A stretch of 64,000 bases of DNA from Oikopleura dioica (lineage: Eukaryota > Animalia > Chordata). Position numbers and translations under genes: made by a program. This document shows, piece by piece, positions 1 through 13,140 of this stretch; the stretch's first letter is position 1; every line of letters starts with the position of its first letter. A model generated the notes under the pieces. The model made no database searches and was not told the DNA's origin. It was given only the letters and a program-made list of their open reading frames with translations. The stretch lies in the NCBI GenBank assembly GCA_907165135.1, contig OU015567.1:7316001-7380000 (forward strand), in the 5' to 3' direction.

Positions 1-1764
1 TAATGAAAATTGACTTTTTCGAGTCGGAAAAAACCTAGATTTTCGAACTCATCTTTGTCCAATATTAAATATAATATTTAATAATTATATTAATATTTTT
101 TTTATAAAATTATTAAACCTTATATATTGAATTATAATTTATAATATATTAAATTATAAAAATTTTTATTCTTTTTTAAAATATAAATTAATAAATTTTT
201 ATATTTAATAAGTATAAATAAAAAATAAATATTTTTTGGCAAAATTAAGTTCTGTGAAAAAATAGACATAATTTCTGAAAGTGGTTATTTACAGTAACTG
301 AAATCGCTTAAGAAATCATGAGATTATTTTTGCACTTCTCTCGTGAAAGCAAAAACGCTCCTGCTTCTGATTGTACATTAAAACTGCAGCTGTATTTGGA
401 GTCACTTAGGTCGGTGGCCGCCCGCCCGGAGAGCAAGGACAATACCGGATCCTTCGAAAGTGAAATGATGCACCTGCAATCGCCTTTTTAGATTTTGCGT
501 CTTAGATCGCTCTTCTCCCCGCCGCGGACTAACTCTAATCGCGCGCAACATCGCCCCGATTTTTTAAGCTTATCCGATTTTTTGACTTACTCCGCCGGAT
601 TGATTATAAAAGAAAGAACTGATCTGTTACCCTTTATTGAGCGAATAGAAAAAAATACGAAAAAAATAAGTCTTTGATCGGGATTTGAACTCGCGACCCT
701 TTGAACTCGAGATTTTTTTTATAATTTTTGAGCGTCAAAATTTTTAATCCTAAAATTTAGAATCTGAATTTAGAGGAAAACAGACTAAAACTTGAAGGTT
801 TTTTAACTCTGAGTATCGTTAGCTAAAGTTAGTTTTGAAGGTTAAGGGCTATCGCCCAGATGTACGTAGTCTGGAGTCGCAGGTGCTGCTTATAGTATTT
901 ATTGACTTTCGCCATGGCCACGTCGTTGCAGTACGTAACTCCGGGCGGGGGTCGTTGGTCTTACTGCAGCTTGTTTAGAAACTGAGCGGAACGTGATTTG
1001 CATCCCTTAATCCCAACTATCGCCACGCATCATCCGCTTTCTCTGTCATTTAACTCCTCATTTAACAAGACAAGTTCTAAACGGATTGCCAAATCATTGT
1101 TTTGCCAGATTTGAATATTCAAATATCACGCCGCTGTTTTTTTTTTAAATTTTATCTCGAAACTAAGTTCAAGGCAAATTGCGGGGATACCCTAAATTTT
1201 TCTTTACAAATCTTCTCTCCAAAGTTTAAATAGACTCTAAGCTATCTATTAGTTACAAATAATTATTATAACGGAAAGCTAGAATAAGCAAAAATTCGTA
1301 ATAAAAAGACCTCTCACACTTCATTTTTGTCGAAAAAGCGATTAACTCGACTCTTTCTAAAGCTCCCTCTCTATGTAAAGATGTGCCTACTTTGTGTCGA
1401 TCTCTTTGTTATCCTCCGAGGTCAGCCAGCCCGTACATATGCTGCGAACGGGTTAATGCTCTCCCGTCTTAGCAATTATTGAAGGACACCGGTTGGGCCA
1501 GCGAGCAGCACCAAACAAACCCTTAGTGCCACTCGCTCAAATGTGCAAAATGATTGTTTTGGGAATAAACCCTTCCAACCGATTTAGAAAAAGACCATTC
1601 AAGTAGTACAGCGCACAATTTCATCATCAATTATTTTTTTCGAATATGCCGAAATTAACAAAAAGCAATTACCAATTTTACCATTCAAAGATTTTCATCA
1701 ATAGAAGCATCATTTTGGACTCCAATTTCTGATTATATTTTTCATAAATCACAATCCATTATTA

Positions 1765-2010
1765 GGGGCGCCCTGGGAAAGTCGCCGAATGTCGCCAAAT
1801 GTCGCCGAATGTCGCTGAATATCGCCAAACGTCGCCGAATGTCGCTGAATGTCGCCGAATAGCGCCACTTTTTCTTTAAATACAGGCATCCTGAAAGAAA
1901 ATTGTTTTCTGTTTTTAAAAAAGAGTGGCAACATTCGACGACATTCGATGACATTCGGCGACATTCAGCGACATTCGGCGAAATTTGGCGACTTTTCCCA
2001 GTGTCGCCCC
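1765..2010. mobile_element. Palindromic MITE-like element (~246 bp) built from 10-bp GTCGCCGAAT repeats in inverted arms
   Basis: Left arm ggggcgccctgggaaagtcgccgaat..., right arm ...ggcgacttttcccagtgtcgcccc; attatta directly flanks both ends (1758-1764, 2011-2017). Explains the spurious repetitive ORFs at 1742-1964. Confidence 0.75.
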
Positions 2011-2187
2011 ATTATTAATCAATTTCAAAGTAGAAAAGGGGTATTTAATCATCATTTTTGTAGACACACAAAAATGCACATTCATCATATTACCTCATCG
2101 AGTTTTAGAGCGCTTTTGCTCTCAATTGGAGATAATTTGCCAATTGAAAAACTGTCGATCAAGTTATTTTTTAGATCTCTTGCTGAA

Positions 2188-4619
2188 ATGTTTCGCTTCT
2201 TTGCGAAATTGGCGATATTGGCCCTCGCCCGGGCGCAAGAAGATGTGCAAGTCACGTGCGAACCGGAAGAAATGCGCATTCAAGTGACGAAAGCAGTAGT
2301 CGAAAGCAACGGCTTCCGGCAAGAAGACGTGCACCTCACCGTAAGTAAATTTTACAACTTGTGAAAAAGTTGTTTCAAGTTGCGAGTTCTTTTTCGTGTT
2401 TTCACTCTTGCAAGTGTTGTAACATGAGTTTTTTTTTTCTAAATTTGTGAATTTCAGGATTCCAGCTGCGTTTTCAACGAGGTCGACGAGGACAACCAAT
2501 ACTACGTGTATGTATTTATAGAAATGGGAAATAAGTGGGTTATGATAATTATGACCAATTTACGAATGCAAATTCGCTCGTATTTGGAGTGAAACTATCA
2601 GACGCTTGTTCAATTAATTGACCCCTTGGCCGCAGTGTTTCAATCACAACACTCGTCCAATACGTGGCGAACGGGGTATTTCATAAGACGAAAAATTAAG
2701 AGTCTATTTTAAATCGAATCATTTATTATAAAAAACCAAACGTTGCGCCCCTTTCCAATCGTCGAAATTTGATAAAAGACTTGAGTCTTTTATTGAAATA
2801 AAATCAGCTTTTTGGCTTTTAAAATTGCCTAAAATAGACGATGAAGGACTAGAATTTGGGGTAGATTTGAAGTAAACGAACGTGAAATCTGTATTTTCGG
2901 CTCGAAAAATACTTCAGCTGAGGATCTAAAATTTAATTTGTTTTTTAGGTACCGAGTTTCGCCGCTGTCAGCCTGTGGGACTGAAATTAAGGTGAGTTTT
3001 TACCCTCGCTGTTTTTATTGATGCACAAATTCATGAGGAGGGCTACTTGATTGAAATTGATGTTGCTTGAAAAATATCAGATTGAGATAAAAACACGTGT
3101 TCAGATCAATGGCACCCACGTTACCTACAACAACAAGCTCGCTGCTGGCAGCCCAGATGAGGAGCTCAGAAAGGGACAGGTCGTCATTGGAAGCAAAAAT
3201 AGCCAGGTACGTTTTTTCATTATATTTGTTTTGTGATTTGTTCGATAATTGATCGAGTTATAGTTTGATTATTTCAGTCGCGACAATCTTTGGCCGCCAA
3301 GCTCCGCTGCGTATTCCCCGTCGAGTTGATGGTGTCATCCGCTTTCCTGCCCAACATTTCCTTCATCAACATTCCGGAAAGGATCTATCTCGAGCCAGGA
3401 GCGCTCGTTTTTCTAAAAAGCTAGAGACGCAACTCGATACTTAGTCAAGTCGACTAGTCGCGCCCGCGCAGTACTTTCAAAGAATATCATTAAATCGCTA
3501 GAAATTGATCCGTTTGAAAAGCTTCCGGACTCTTTTGGCGTTGGTTCTTTCCAGGCGTCGATGGCTCTTTTCGAAAATGAACTTTACGAAGACCAATATC
3601 TCGAAAACCCGAAGATTTCAAATGAAGACCTTCTTTACGTCGGTATGGAAAAAAAAAGAAAATATAATTATTAGTCATCATTTTCCAGAGCTCGATTCGC
3701 TCAAGCTCGTAATCCCACCTGACGCTCCTCGATTACTCGGTTTATTTAGGCGTTCAACTTCTCGGAGAGATTCAATCGGACGTCTTCTTGAAAATGGATC
3801 GATGCTGGGCCACTCCGATCGCTGACGCTAAATCCGACAAACAATTCGAGCTTCTGACCGATTCCTGCCCAGACTCACTCGCCAAGGAGCAGGGAATGAA
3901 TGTCACCCAGAATGGAGTAGCTGTAAGTAGCAGAAGTGACAACCTCTTTCCGGAATGATTACGAGGCCGAGCTACCGCGAGTTGTATACAGAAATGCATC
4001 GACCGCGGCGGGGCATGACTAGCTGCGAATGAAAATGACGCTTTTGAGCTTCAAGAAACAAATCATTTCCGGCCGATAAATTGGCCAATCTTCTTTCCTT
4101 AACTTTTCTTTTCAAGACGACCGCCCGATTCCAGATGCCCGTCTTCAAGTTCGTCTCCTACTCCGCTGTCTGGCTTCACTGCGACCTCCAAATCTGCGTC
4201 AAAGAAACTTGCCAGCCAACTTGCGATGCGCGACGAAAACGTAGCTCTGGCTCTGAAGAATGGGATCAACGGTAACGTCAATTTTCATAAAATTTTCACA
4301 TTGAAAATTAAGGCACCTGATTTCCGTCGGTCCAATTCAGCTCAGCTCTGGCGAAGAATTGGCGATTGAAGAGACTGTCAAGTTCATCGAGGAAGAAATC
4401 GCCGAACAAAGCGACAAGATTGTTTTTACTCCCTTCCACGTCGCTGTTTTGGGCGCTCTCTTAGGATCGAGTTAAAACTAAACGGATGAAAATCGAAAGA
4501 ACTAAAATGTTAAAACACATTTATACCATTAAATATCACGTGATTAACTCGTTGGAGCCGTATCAGTGCTCTGCATCGCCCTGACCATCTTCCTTTGCCG
4601 AAAACCATCCAAGGCATAA
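2188..4619 (+). CDS. Zona pellucida (ZP) domain transmembrane protein, multi-exon
   Basis: Signal peptide MFRFFAKLAILALARA; ZP-N start VQVTCEPEEMRIQV; ZP-C motifs MDRCWATP and FKFVSYSAVWLHCDLQIC; furin site RRKR; C-terminal hydrophobic segment AVSVLCIALTIFLC then TAA at 4617-4619. Confidence 0.9.
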
Positions 4620-5598
4620 AAACTTTCTAAAGTCAAGTTGAACCGTTATCATAAATTGCCCAGCCCAATCGTTTCAAAAAAAATTTTTTTTATGTAAAAT
4701 TTCAAACAGCTTTTTTTCGAAAAAAAATCAGCAGCATCATCAAACTGAAAGAAGTTACTTTCAAAAAAATAGTCATTTTTTCAGAAAGAAGCTATTTTTC
4801 GTTTTACAAATTAAAATTAAAAGCATTTAAAAGCTTCTGAGAATTTTTAGCTTCTTGTTTCTTGTAAATATTTCACAAAATTAATCAGCGGTGATGAATT
4901 ATTTTGTCGACCATTACCAGCTTCGGGGCTTTTTTTCTAAAAAATGGAAATATTCGAATTTTCAAATTTTCGCGCAGGCGAAAGAAAATCTACAGATGTC
5001 GAGAAAACCAATCCTTCGTTGGAGAAAACAGAAGAACTAGCAATTGTATAAACGTCGTATTTTATTATTTTCTGTTTTCGACTGCGAATTTCAAAACACA
5101 CAAAAACACAAAACAACACGACTGTTCAAGTACTGTGCCAAATCATTTATTAATAAAAAAACGATCTGTACTATAATTTATAAACAAAAAAGCTTCGGTG
5201 GTTTTTAAACGTGTCATAGTTATGCATTTCTAGCGCCGTTTCTCGGGCAAATGTAAAAAACGCTAACCGCTGGTGGTATTAATAAGGACAGGTCTTGATC
5301 CGCGGAATGCGTCATCATAGCTTTCTCGCAGCTGGCCGCTCTTGCTCAAAGTACTCTCTAAAGTAAGCAACGTGACTCATCAAGCTTGAATTTAAGATAC
5401 GCAGCTTAACCCTGGCAGTTCGAAATATGCGTTGAAAACAACGAGGACTACCTCCACTTCAAAATAAGTGAATCGAAAATTTACGTATTTCTCCGTTTTC
5501 AAAGTATACGTACCTTCGAAATTACATAACTTTGGCTGTGCAAGAAGCGTGAAAATTGAAAATCGAAAATTGAAAATTTCATTTGTCGAAGTTTAAAA

Positions 5599-5883
5599 TC
5601 ACCGCCCGCAGAGAACAAACAGCGCCGCCACCTGACGAGCCCAGTCATCAAAAAACGCCGCACTTGGCGAGTCTGGAATTGGAATGTTGAAATTTTCTTG
5701 AGTACTTTGAACCGGCCAGATGTGTGGAGAACTCTGACGCGTTTTTTGCCAACTTTTTATTGGACATTTTTTCCATGCTGGCTGGGGGTGAGTACAACAA
5801 ATTCCCGGAATGGAGGTTGTTAAACACTTGACATCAAAAATAACACAAGCTAAGACAAAAAGACTGTCAAGCTGTCGACGCAT
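5599..5883 (-). CDS. Hypothetical small Cys-containing, possibly secreted protein (first exon only)
   Basis: ORF with hydrophobic N-terminus and CCTHPQPAWKKC motif; no recognisable family; downstream exons not resolved. Confidence 0.3.
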   Translation of the reverse strand: MRRQLDSLFVLACVIFDVKCLTTSIPGICCTHPQPAWKKCPIKSWQKTRQSSPHIWPVQSTQENFNIPIPDSPSAAFFDDWARQVAALFVLCGR

Positions 5884-6324
5884 GTTGTCAAAATCCGTCC
5901 CGTAAATTTTCCGCTTTTATCCTCAGAATAGCTTTTCAGAGATGGTAACCGAAGAAGAAGGAGAGCTCTCTGCAAAGCATATTTTTACACAACAGCTTGT
6001 TCTTGATGATTCTCCGATTTTTTATCGGCAAGAAGTTCAGGTGACTAAATCAATAAATTAAACGAATTAAAATGATATAAAACAGTGTCTGGGATGCAAT
6101 CGAATCGGCATTCTAAATCAAAAGATGGAAAAGTACTCTTGTTTCCTAAAGAAGAAGCTTTGAAAAGAATTTGGACGAGAAAAGTCTCCGGCAAATTGAG
6201 CTTTGCAAATCATGGTTTTTCAACGCTGAATCAACGTAACACTTACATGACAGTTGGCTCTATTTTTTGGATTGCGGTCATGATAATTGGTATCCTTTGC
6301 TTTAAAATTTTCTCTTTATTTTTC

Positions 6325-7701
6325 AGCGAATCTGTATTCTTTGGAAAAATCGCGCGGCGTCACTACTTTTCTTACTTCGACTTGCAATCGGAATTACAAG
6401 CAGTGCATTCGAAGCGCAACAATGGATTACTGTGGACATTTGATGAAGCAATGTTTTCAAACGAAGAATTTCATTGTTCCGGAAACAATTTCCGAAATCA
6501 AAGCGAAAGATTCAAAACCCTCTTTGTTCTCGGAAGAAGAGAACGAAGTGAATTTGCGCCGCTGCCAGAAGAAAAAGTTTTACGATCAAAATGTGTGCAG
6601 ACATCTTTGTTCGAAAACGCTTGTTTTGGAATCAACAAGGAGAAACCCAATCTCGCCTTGCGAGTCGATCTGTTTCGAGTTGAGCAGATCATTCGATTCC
6701 GCCGGGGCAGTTTGTCCCTTTCAAACATATTGTCCAAAGGGTTGTCCTTGCCCTTTTTACGAGTGTGAAAAGTTCGAGGCGCGTCAGAAGTTGATTCCTG
6801 TCTTTGATTTGCGCCAGAGTTCGGAAGATCGCAGTATGGAGGCGAATGAGGACTTCAAGCTCATAACGGGTCGTTGGGAGAATCGAAGAATCGGGAAGTT
6901 TAAATTTCCAATAATTCTTTCTGAATTTAATGGCAATGGGGAACAAAAGAATGCCTATGCATCGAGTTTATTGCTCCCTTACGGAAGTTTTTATTGATAA
7001 TCCAAAGATATTCGCCAAAAGTTTTGGCCCAAAACAAGTTTGAAATCAATAAAAACACTCAAGTCAATTGGCGCTACTTTTCTCAATGGCGAGCATTTTT
7101 TGGTCGATGCAATAGGAAATCTGCTGAAAGTCAAAGAAAACGGTGATTTCCCCACATTTGTTCCGAATCGAATAAATAGCAAAGGAATGTAGGTAATAAT
7201 GCCATAATTACTTTTTGACTTTTTCAATAGAGGATTCTTCGTTTTCCACTTTGGCTCCTCGATTGGACTTCATCAAATCGAAATTCGCAGAAAAGACAAA
7301 GCCAAAAAAGTCTTTCCGGTAGTCGTCATCTGAAAAAGGTCGAACTAAAATAAGAAAGTTACGTTTTTCCACCCGTTTTGACCTCAAAAAGCTCACCAAC
7401 TGGAAGGGCAGATAAATGCTTCTATTACGCGCCTGATTACAATTTGGACCGTTTCGAAGAAGCACAGGGTTTCATCGCAAGCAACCATTTCAATGCGAAA
7501 ACATCTTCTATCAGTTTCAAAGGGGTTTTTAATTTAATGAGTGTCAGGATGGGCGACTATTACATCAAGCTTTCTTCGACTGTTTCCTTGAACTCGATTA
7601 GAAAAGACGAAGAAATGGAAAAAGGATGGCGAAAAAACGAGATTCATTTGCCGGCAGAATTTAGAGATTTGGATCCTGTCCTTGTCATTCCTATGAAATG
7701 A
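6325..7701 (+). CDS. Lineage-specific Cys-rich protein with CPxGCPCPxYxC motif, possibly disrupted
   Basis: ORF 6287-6997 contains CPFQTYCPKGCPCPFYEC, a motif I recall from an expanded larvacean family. Frame is interrupted by TGA TAA at 6995-7000 and then stays open for 63 codons; further coding-like ORF at 7378-7701. Confidence 0.5.
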
Positions 7702-7733
7702 GTTAAACATTTTTTAAGGAAAATAAATAAAAT

Positions 7734-8603
7734 ATGTTTAACTCGGAAAAGATTGATTTGGAAAAGCTGCTTTTAATTCTGGTTTCAAGAAGTATTGAAC
7801 TCTCAAACACGCTGTACTCGCTGCTGTTCGAAGCGGAAGGGAAGTTTCTCACTCTCGGCAGCGAATGGATTGGCTCTCTGGTCAAATACGAAGAAAAATC
7901 TTTCTGCTTTTCAAAACTTTTTTCTTCAGATGATTATTGGTATACAGATCAAGGTGGAATCAACAACGACGAATGCGAATACTTCGGCATTGGAATCATC
8001 AACGACGAAAAAATCTTTCTTCAAAACTACGTTTTCGATATTTCGTTTGAAATTGTCATGAATTTCGAACAAATCGAGATCGAGTTCGTGCAGCAAAAGT
8101 CGTCGCGGAAAATGCACGTGACAAGCAATCCATTTTTCGCGTTTCACGACGACATCTTCCCCGCTTTTGCGAAAAATGCTGCTTCTCAGAGACAATTTCC
8201 TCAGCCCAGTCCCTTCTTGAAAACAATCATTCCGGACAACTCATTTTATTCGCTAGAGGAATTGAAGCATATTTCAACTTTGGAGATGAAACTCAATGGA
8301 ACAGAACATTTTGAGCTCGACATCGATTTTCGGCGAATTTATATTTTCCCAAGCGAGCTAAAAATTCTTGAATTTCAGCTTTTCGACGGAACAGCTCTTT
8401 TCAAACTCGGAAACACTGAAAAAGGCGCGCCTTGGATTGCATCCGACTATTCCAATGATCGCATTATTTTCGACGATCGTATTTTTTATTTAGAGAAACT
8501 AAGATTGAATTTCAGTTCAAACAATCAAAGCTGCTCATTTTTTATTGAAGTGAATAAGGAAAAGTTTGAATCCTTTGCACATTATATTATTTCAATCATT
8601 TAA
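7734..8603 (+). CDS. Hypothetical 289-aa protein, single long ORF
   Basis: ATG-initiated 870-nt ORF in AT-rich DNA, followed by aataaa signals; no recognisable domain. Confidence 0.55.
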   Translation: MFNSEKIDLEKLLLILVSRSIELSNTLYSLLFEAEGKFLTLGSEWIGSLVKYEEKSFCFSKLFSSDDYWYTDQGGINNDECEYFGIGIINDEKIFLQNYVFDISFEIVMNFEQIEIEFVQQKSSRKMHVTSNPFFAFHDDIFPAFAKNAASQRQFPQPSPFLKTIIPDNSFYSLEELKHISTLEMKLNGTEHFELDIDFRRIYIFPSELKILEFQLFDGTALFKLGNTEKGAPWIASDYSNDRIIFDDRIFYLEKLRLNFSSNNQSCSFFIEVNKEKFESFAHYIISII

Positions 8604-8675
8604 TAAAATAATCAAATAAATCAATAAATTAAACTCATAAAGAATGGAGAGCGCGAGATCAAAAGTATAATAAAA

Positions 8676-10831
8676 TTGAGTGGACTGGAAAGCATCGAAA
8701 ACAGAAAAGTTCGAATCTTCAAGTTTGATCGTTCAACGAGCATTCGGAACTTTATTTATTCTTCGGCAAAGTCAAGCCAGATAAATGTTATAAGACCGTG
8801 GCCGTGGTTAAACCCTGACTATCGACCTTACGCACTCCTGGCTGACGGGTCCATCAAAGAAAATGCCTTTTTCAATCCTCCTTTTGGCAGCAAAATGAGT
8901 ATTTGCGAATATGCGCAGGATTTCAAACACGCACTGGTAAAAAATCAACTTCACCTTTTTGGCGGCAGAAATAATAAAGTAAAACAAAAAATTGAAACCG
9001 GAGAATTATGTTCATTTTATAGATTGCGCGACTAGATGGATGCCAATTCACAGAGTTGTCTGCGCAGTTTTATTATTCGTATGCGGGATATGCTTCAGTT
9101 TTATCAATTTCAGGAGGCAGTGAAGGTAAAGTGCATGATTTTCTAAACTAAAAATATATTCTTAGCGATCATTTGTTTTGATGGAGACTCTGAAAGAAAA
9201 TGCGAGCTGTTCGATGGATTTAAAGTCAGAGTGACTTTTGCGACTACATCGCCTCATCAATCGGGTGAATTGGCCCTTTACAATGGTCGTCCGACTGCAA
9301 TCGGGGGAGGTTTACCTTACGGGTAGGAGAACCGGTGATTATTTCGACTTTTTTCTGGGCTTAGGTAGGGAAGAGTTTGATGCAGTTTTGGAAAGCCCAG
9401 ATCATGCGGATCATTTTGACTATTGACACCATGGGGTAATCTTTTATCCTTAGGGCATCAAGGGCCTTTTAAAGTCCCAAAATCGAAGTTTTTCCGGAAA
9501 TCCGGTAATTTGAAGGCTTGTCCGGAGGTTTTGTGGAAAACTGCTTATGCCAATTCAAAGAAGAGGCAATGAGGAGTCAGAAACCGTCGAAAAAAGTAGT
9601 AGGCTACGGGGTTCCTGAGGAGCTAGAGGCTCTAGAAGTTGAGGAAATCACCCGGAAACGAGTAAATTTTCTCTAAAAAGGGATGAAATTGTATACTTAT
9701 ATATCCGGATTGGCTTTTATTACGTTGTTCTAGGTTTTTGATGTCAACTATTAATTTTGGGGTCATCTGAGGTCACTTGGGGTCATCTTCAAAAAAGATT
9801 AGAAATCTTTGAATAAATCACCCCAAGTCACCTCAGATGATATAATAGACATAGTTTATATCATATAAAGCGTTTTCATCCCTTTTTAGAGAAAATTTAC
9901 TCGTTTCCGGGTGACTTCCTCAACTTCTAGAGCCTGTAGCTCCTCTGGAACCCCCCTAGCCTACTACTTTTTTCGACGGTTTCTGACTCCTCAAAGCCTC
10001 TTCTTTAAATTGGCATAAGTAGTTTTCCACCAAACCTCCGGACAAGCCTTCAAATTACTGGATTTCCGGAAAAACTTCGATTTTGGGACTTTAAAAGGCC
10101 CTTGATGCCCTAAGGATAAAAGATTACCCCATGGTGTCAATAGTCAAAATGATCCGCATGATCTGGGCTTTCCAAAACTGCATCAAACTCTCCCCTAACT
10201 AAGCCCAGAAAAGAGTCGAAATAATCACCGGTTCTCCTACTTACGGGGTAGCAAAAGCAGCAGTCGAGACATTGACCAACTCAGGCTGGGTTTTTCTGCA
10301 AAACCATCCAAGGTAAAAAAAAGAAAGAGAGAGATAAAAATAATTGAAGATGGATTTCTTTGTTTTCTGCGATTGGGCTTCCTTCAGGAAGTGTCCTGAC
10401 AGTTGGAGGACTTAATCAAAGAAATCCAACGGGGAGGAACGGCGAATTCGATGACATTTGGCGACTGAAAGAAAATCACTGGTCCTTGATCGGTTCTCTT
10501 GAAAAAGTAAAATTAGAGTACGTCTCGAGTATTTATTACTTCAGTCTGTTCTTGGCTCATCAGCTTTATTATTCGATAAATTCATCTACGTTTTTCCTGG
10601 CTCCTACGACAAAGCAGAAGGCGTTTTTGGTCCATCACCAATTATAAAAATAAGCTTAGGTCAAGGTTTCAATTTTTTAAGGAGTATTTGACAGCACTTA
10701 TTTATATTTTTAATTTGTTTTTGGAGCCTTGAAAAGACTCAGAAGAAAAGGTTTTGTCGACTGATGAAGTTGCAGTTCAAAAACATTCTGTTTACTTTCC
10801 TATTCTTTTTGTAACGCCTTCTGAATTTTAG
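8676..10831 (+). CDS. Kelch-like beta-propeller protein (lineage-expanded family), interrupted by a foldback transposon
   Basis: Blade-like motifs QLHLFGG, PTAIGGG, VLTVGG, WSLIGSL, IYVFPG across short exons; frame is continuous across the insertion once the element plus one TSD is removed (GGGLPYG|VAKAAVETL). Start uncertain. Confidence 0.65.
9324..10239. mobile_element. Foldback/hAT-like non-autonomous transposon, 916 bp, ~360-bp inverted arms
   Basis: Termini TAGGAGAACCGGTGATTATTTCGAC / GTCGAAATAATCACCGGTTCTCCTA; perfect 8-bp TSD CTTACGGG at 9316-9323 and 10240-10247. Confidence 0.95.
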
Positions 10832-12651
10832 AAAAAAAAATCTATGTACAAAATATTATTAAGACTTGATGTGATAAAAGTCCCGTAAGTTTTATCATAT
10901 GATTGTTAAACTATCAGAGCAACAGATAGGGCCATCGATTACTAGCTGTTTGAAGTCCGTATTTTCAAAATTTATTGATCATAAAGTAAGCTCCTTTCGA
11001 TATTACAGGCTGTTATTAGTATAGTATAAATTTTATAGCTTTGATCTGTGTACTGTTCGCAATAAAACTGTCATGGAATTTGACCTTTTTGTAGCTTTTA
11101 ATTCGTACTTTTAAAGAAAACAAGTGTTTTTGAAGCTCGTTGCTAGAAAGCTGCATGCAATTACAAACTTCGGGGCAGTTATTGTTATTGAGAAGTCTAG
11201 CCGAAGAAGTCGCCAAACATCTTGAAATCGTTGAGAATATTATCTAGCCTTGAAAATTGCAGCATCCAATTTTTTATTGGCTTTATTCGTTTTCAAACCT
11301 TTTGCAGAGAATCGGAAGAAAGTGCGAGTGCATGTTTCGATGTGTCAATGAACCAAGCTTGTCGTGTTGGCCACAGAAGCCTCGGTTCTTACAGTAAAGT
11401 CTTCGAACTGTAATTAGAAATGGGCAAAAGATCTAACCTGTTTTGCGTTACGCGCATGCAAGTAGAGCAGTTTCCCGAAACGAGAGAACTGAGCAAAAGT
11501 GAAAGAAGTAAAAAAACCTTCATTTCGTTTTCTCTTTTAGAGTGAATCCAAAAGGGAGACTTGATCTTTTGAACTGAGACTGTCGATTTTCCAATTTACC
11601 CATTTCAATTATCATTATTGATTAGTAATTTATCAGGTCTTTTTTGATGATCTTTGACAGGATAACCGATTCAGTCTAGTTTTTATCTTATCTGAGCAGA
11701 ATATCTTATTCAGAAGTAAATTTTTGGGGACAGGTGAGTCCATAAGTTGAACCCTTCTCATTTTTGCTGTAAGGTACAGCAATTTGAATTTATCCGTGGA
11801 TAAAATTCAGCCGGCAATTCTTATAACACTTTTACAAAACACACGAGTCGTGTGAGTACGGCACTTTTAAATTAGGAGTGGTGTGAATTTAATTGCCTCA
11901 ACTTATTTTCCATGTTAAATTGTCCATGCAGTTCCACCAATCTTTCCATACATACTTACCCCATAAAACCATATATTTTCTGAATCCTAACGAAAAGATC
12001 TAGTGCTTTGCTTCCGTATTAATAATGCGCCCGATTTTCAATTTTCGGTAAATCGGATTTTTGTCAAATTTTGAATAAAATGAAAGAAAAGTGCTATTTT
12101 AGGCGATGAACAGCAAAGTTGAGGTACTATAATGAGTTTCGACTTGGCTCAGTTGCACCGGACACCGTCAATCAAGTAAAGAATTATTAAAAATAAGGAG
12201 TTTTTGCAAAGAAAAGAAACGCAAAAAAGCTTTTGTTTTTCGATTTTATTCAAAATTATTGGCAGTGGGATCCTCCGTCAATGGCCCATTGAAAATGGCC
12301 TACTCGAGAAGTTCAATCGGCAGGTTCTATGGCGTCCTCTACTTGTTGGCAGTCCGAAATTCCGCTACTAGTAGTAGTGAAAATGTCACAAATTTCCAGA
12401 AAGTGATCGATTTCGTGACATTTGTGACATTTCGAGTGCTGTCGGTTATATCACACAACGTTGATTGACACCCATTTCGAAAGTCCCGGCAGCGCACTAA
12501 GACCTGTTGTTGAGGATGATAAACTCTTTTGCGCTAAAGATAGAGCTCTTGAGCGTACTAATTGGTGCACGTTAACATAATATAAACTGAGGGTAACAGT
12601 GCTGTTAGCAACGGCAGAAAATCCCTCAAAAAAAGATCAAATAAAAAAGCG

Positions 12652-13140
12652 ATGAAAACCATCTTCGCCATGACAATCTTCGCTTCCGCCTCGGCCGAGT
12701 ACTTTGGCAAAATCCGAATGCCTCGGTTCGAGAAGCTGGTTGGTTCCGAGGTCGATTTAACCGGCCCCATTGCGGTTGCATCGAAGGACGACTGCGTAAG
12801 TCTCTGCCGAGCTGCTTCCATTTTCATCAGCCCGACAAGGCAGTACGATTCTCTCTGCGACTCGCCAAGTGCTTACCGCCACGGACAATGCTTTCTTTCT
12901 GGAATTCCAACCTTGCAAAAATTCAATCTTGACAAAACTGGCTCTCGCGCTTTGTCTTGCACCTTTCTCTGCTCTTACATGTCTGACTGCATGTTGGTAC
13001 AGACGGAGACGCGATATACAAGCAGACGAACCTACAAGACCTGCTCGTTTTTCAATGGATACGTCCAAATCGAGCCAACACGTCTCTCCGTCGAAGTTGA
13101 GATGAAAGAAGAAATCTTCGATGAATATTCTCGCATGTAA
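12652..13140 (+). CDS. Small secreted Cys-rich protein with two PAN/apple-like repeats
   Basis: Signal peptide MKTIFAMTIFASASA; C-x3-C spacings (CVSLC, CTFLC) each followed by a later Cys-Phe/Ser; polyA signal near 13256. Domain call is by pattern only. Confidence 0.55.
   Translation: MKTIFAMTIFASASAEYFGKIRMPRFEKLVGSEVDLTGPIAVASKDDCVSLCRAASIFISPTRQYDSLCDSPSAYRHGQCFLSGIPTLQKFNLDKTGSRALSCTFLCSYMSDCMLVQTETRYTSRRTYKTCSFFNGYVQIEPTRLSVEVEMKEEIFDEYSRM

Noticed and set aside
1-240. Extremely AT-rich tract
   Set aside because: Low complexity with no defined repeat unit or structure that I can support.
670-705. tRNA T-arm/B-box-like sequence on the minus strand (GGTCGCGAGTTCAAATCCCG) followed by a T-run
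   Set aside because: No 5' half, D-arm or anticodon arm, and the T-stem is imperfect; at most a tRNA-derived fragment, not a tRNA gene.
840-960. Minus-strand peptide AMAKVNKYYKQHLRLQTTYIWAIAL, faintly like a hAT transposase segment
   Set aside because: Too short, bounded by stops, and no other transposase motifs nearby.
11640-11700. TGATGA...CTGA pair resembling a C/D snoRNA
   Set aside because: Too short, no terminal stem and no recognisable rRNA guide.
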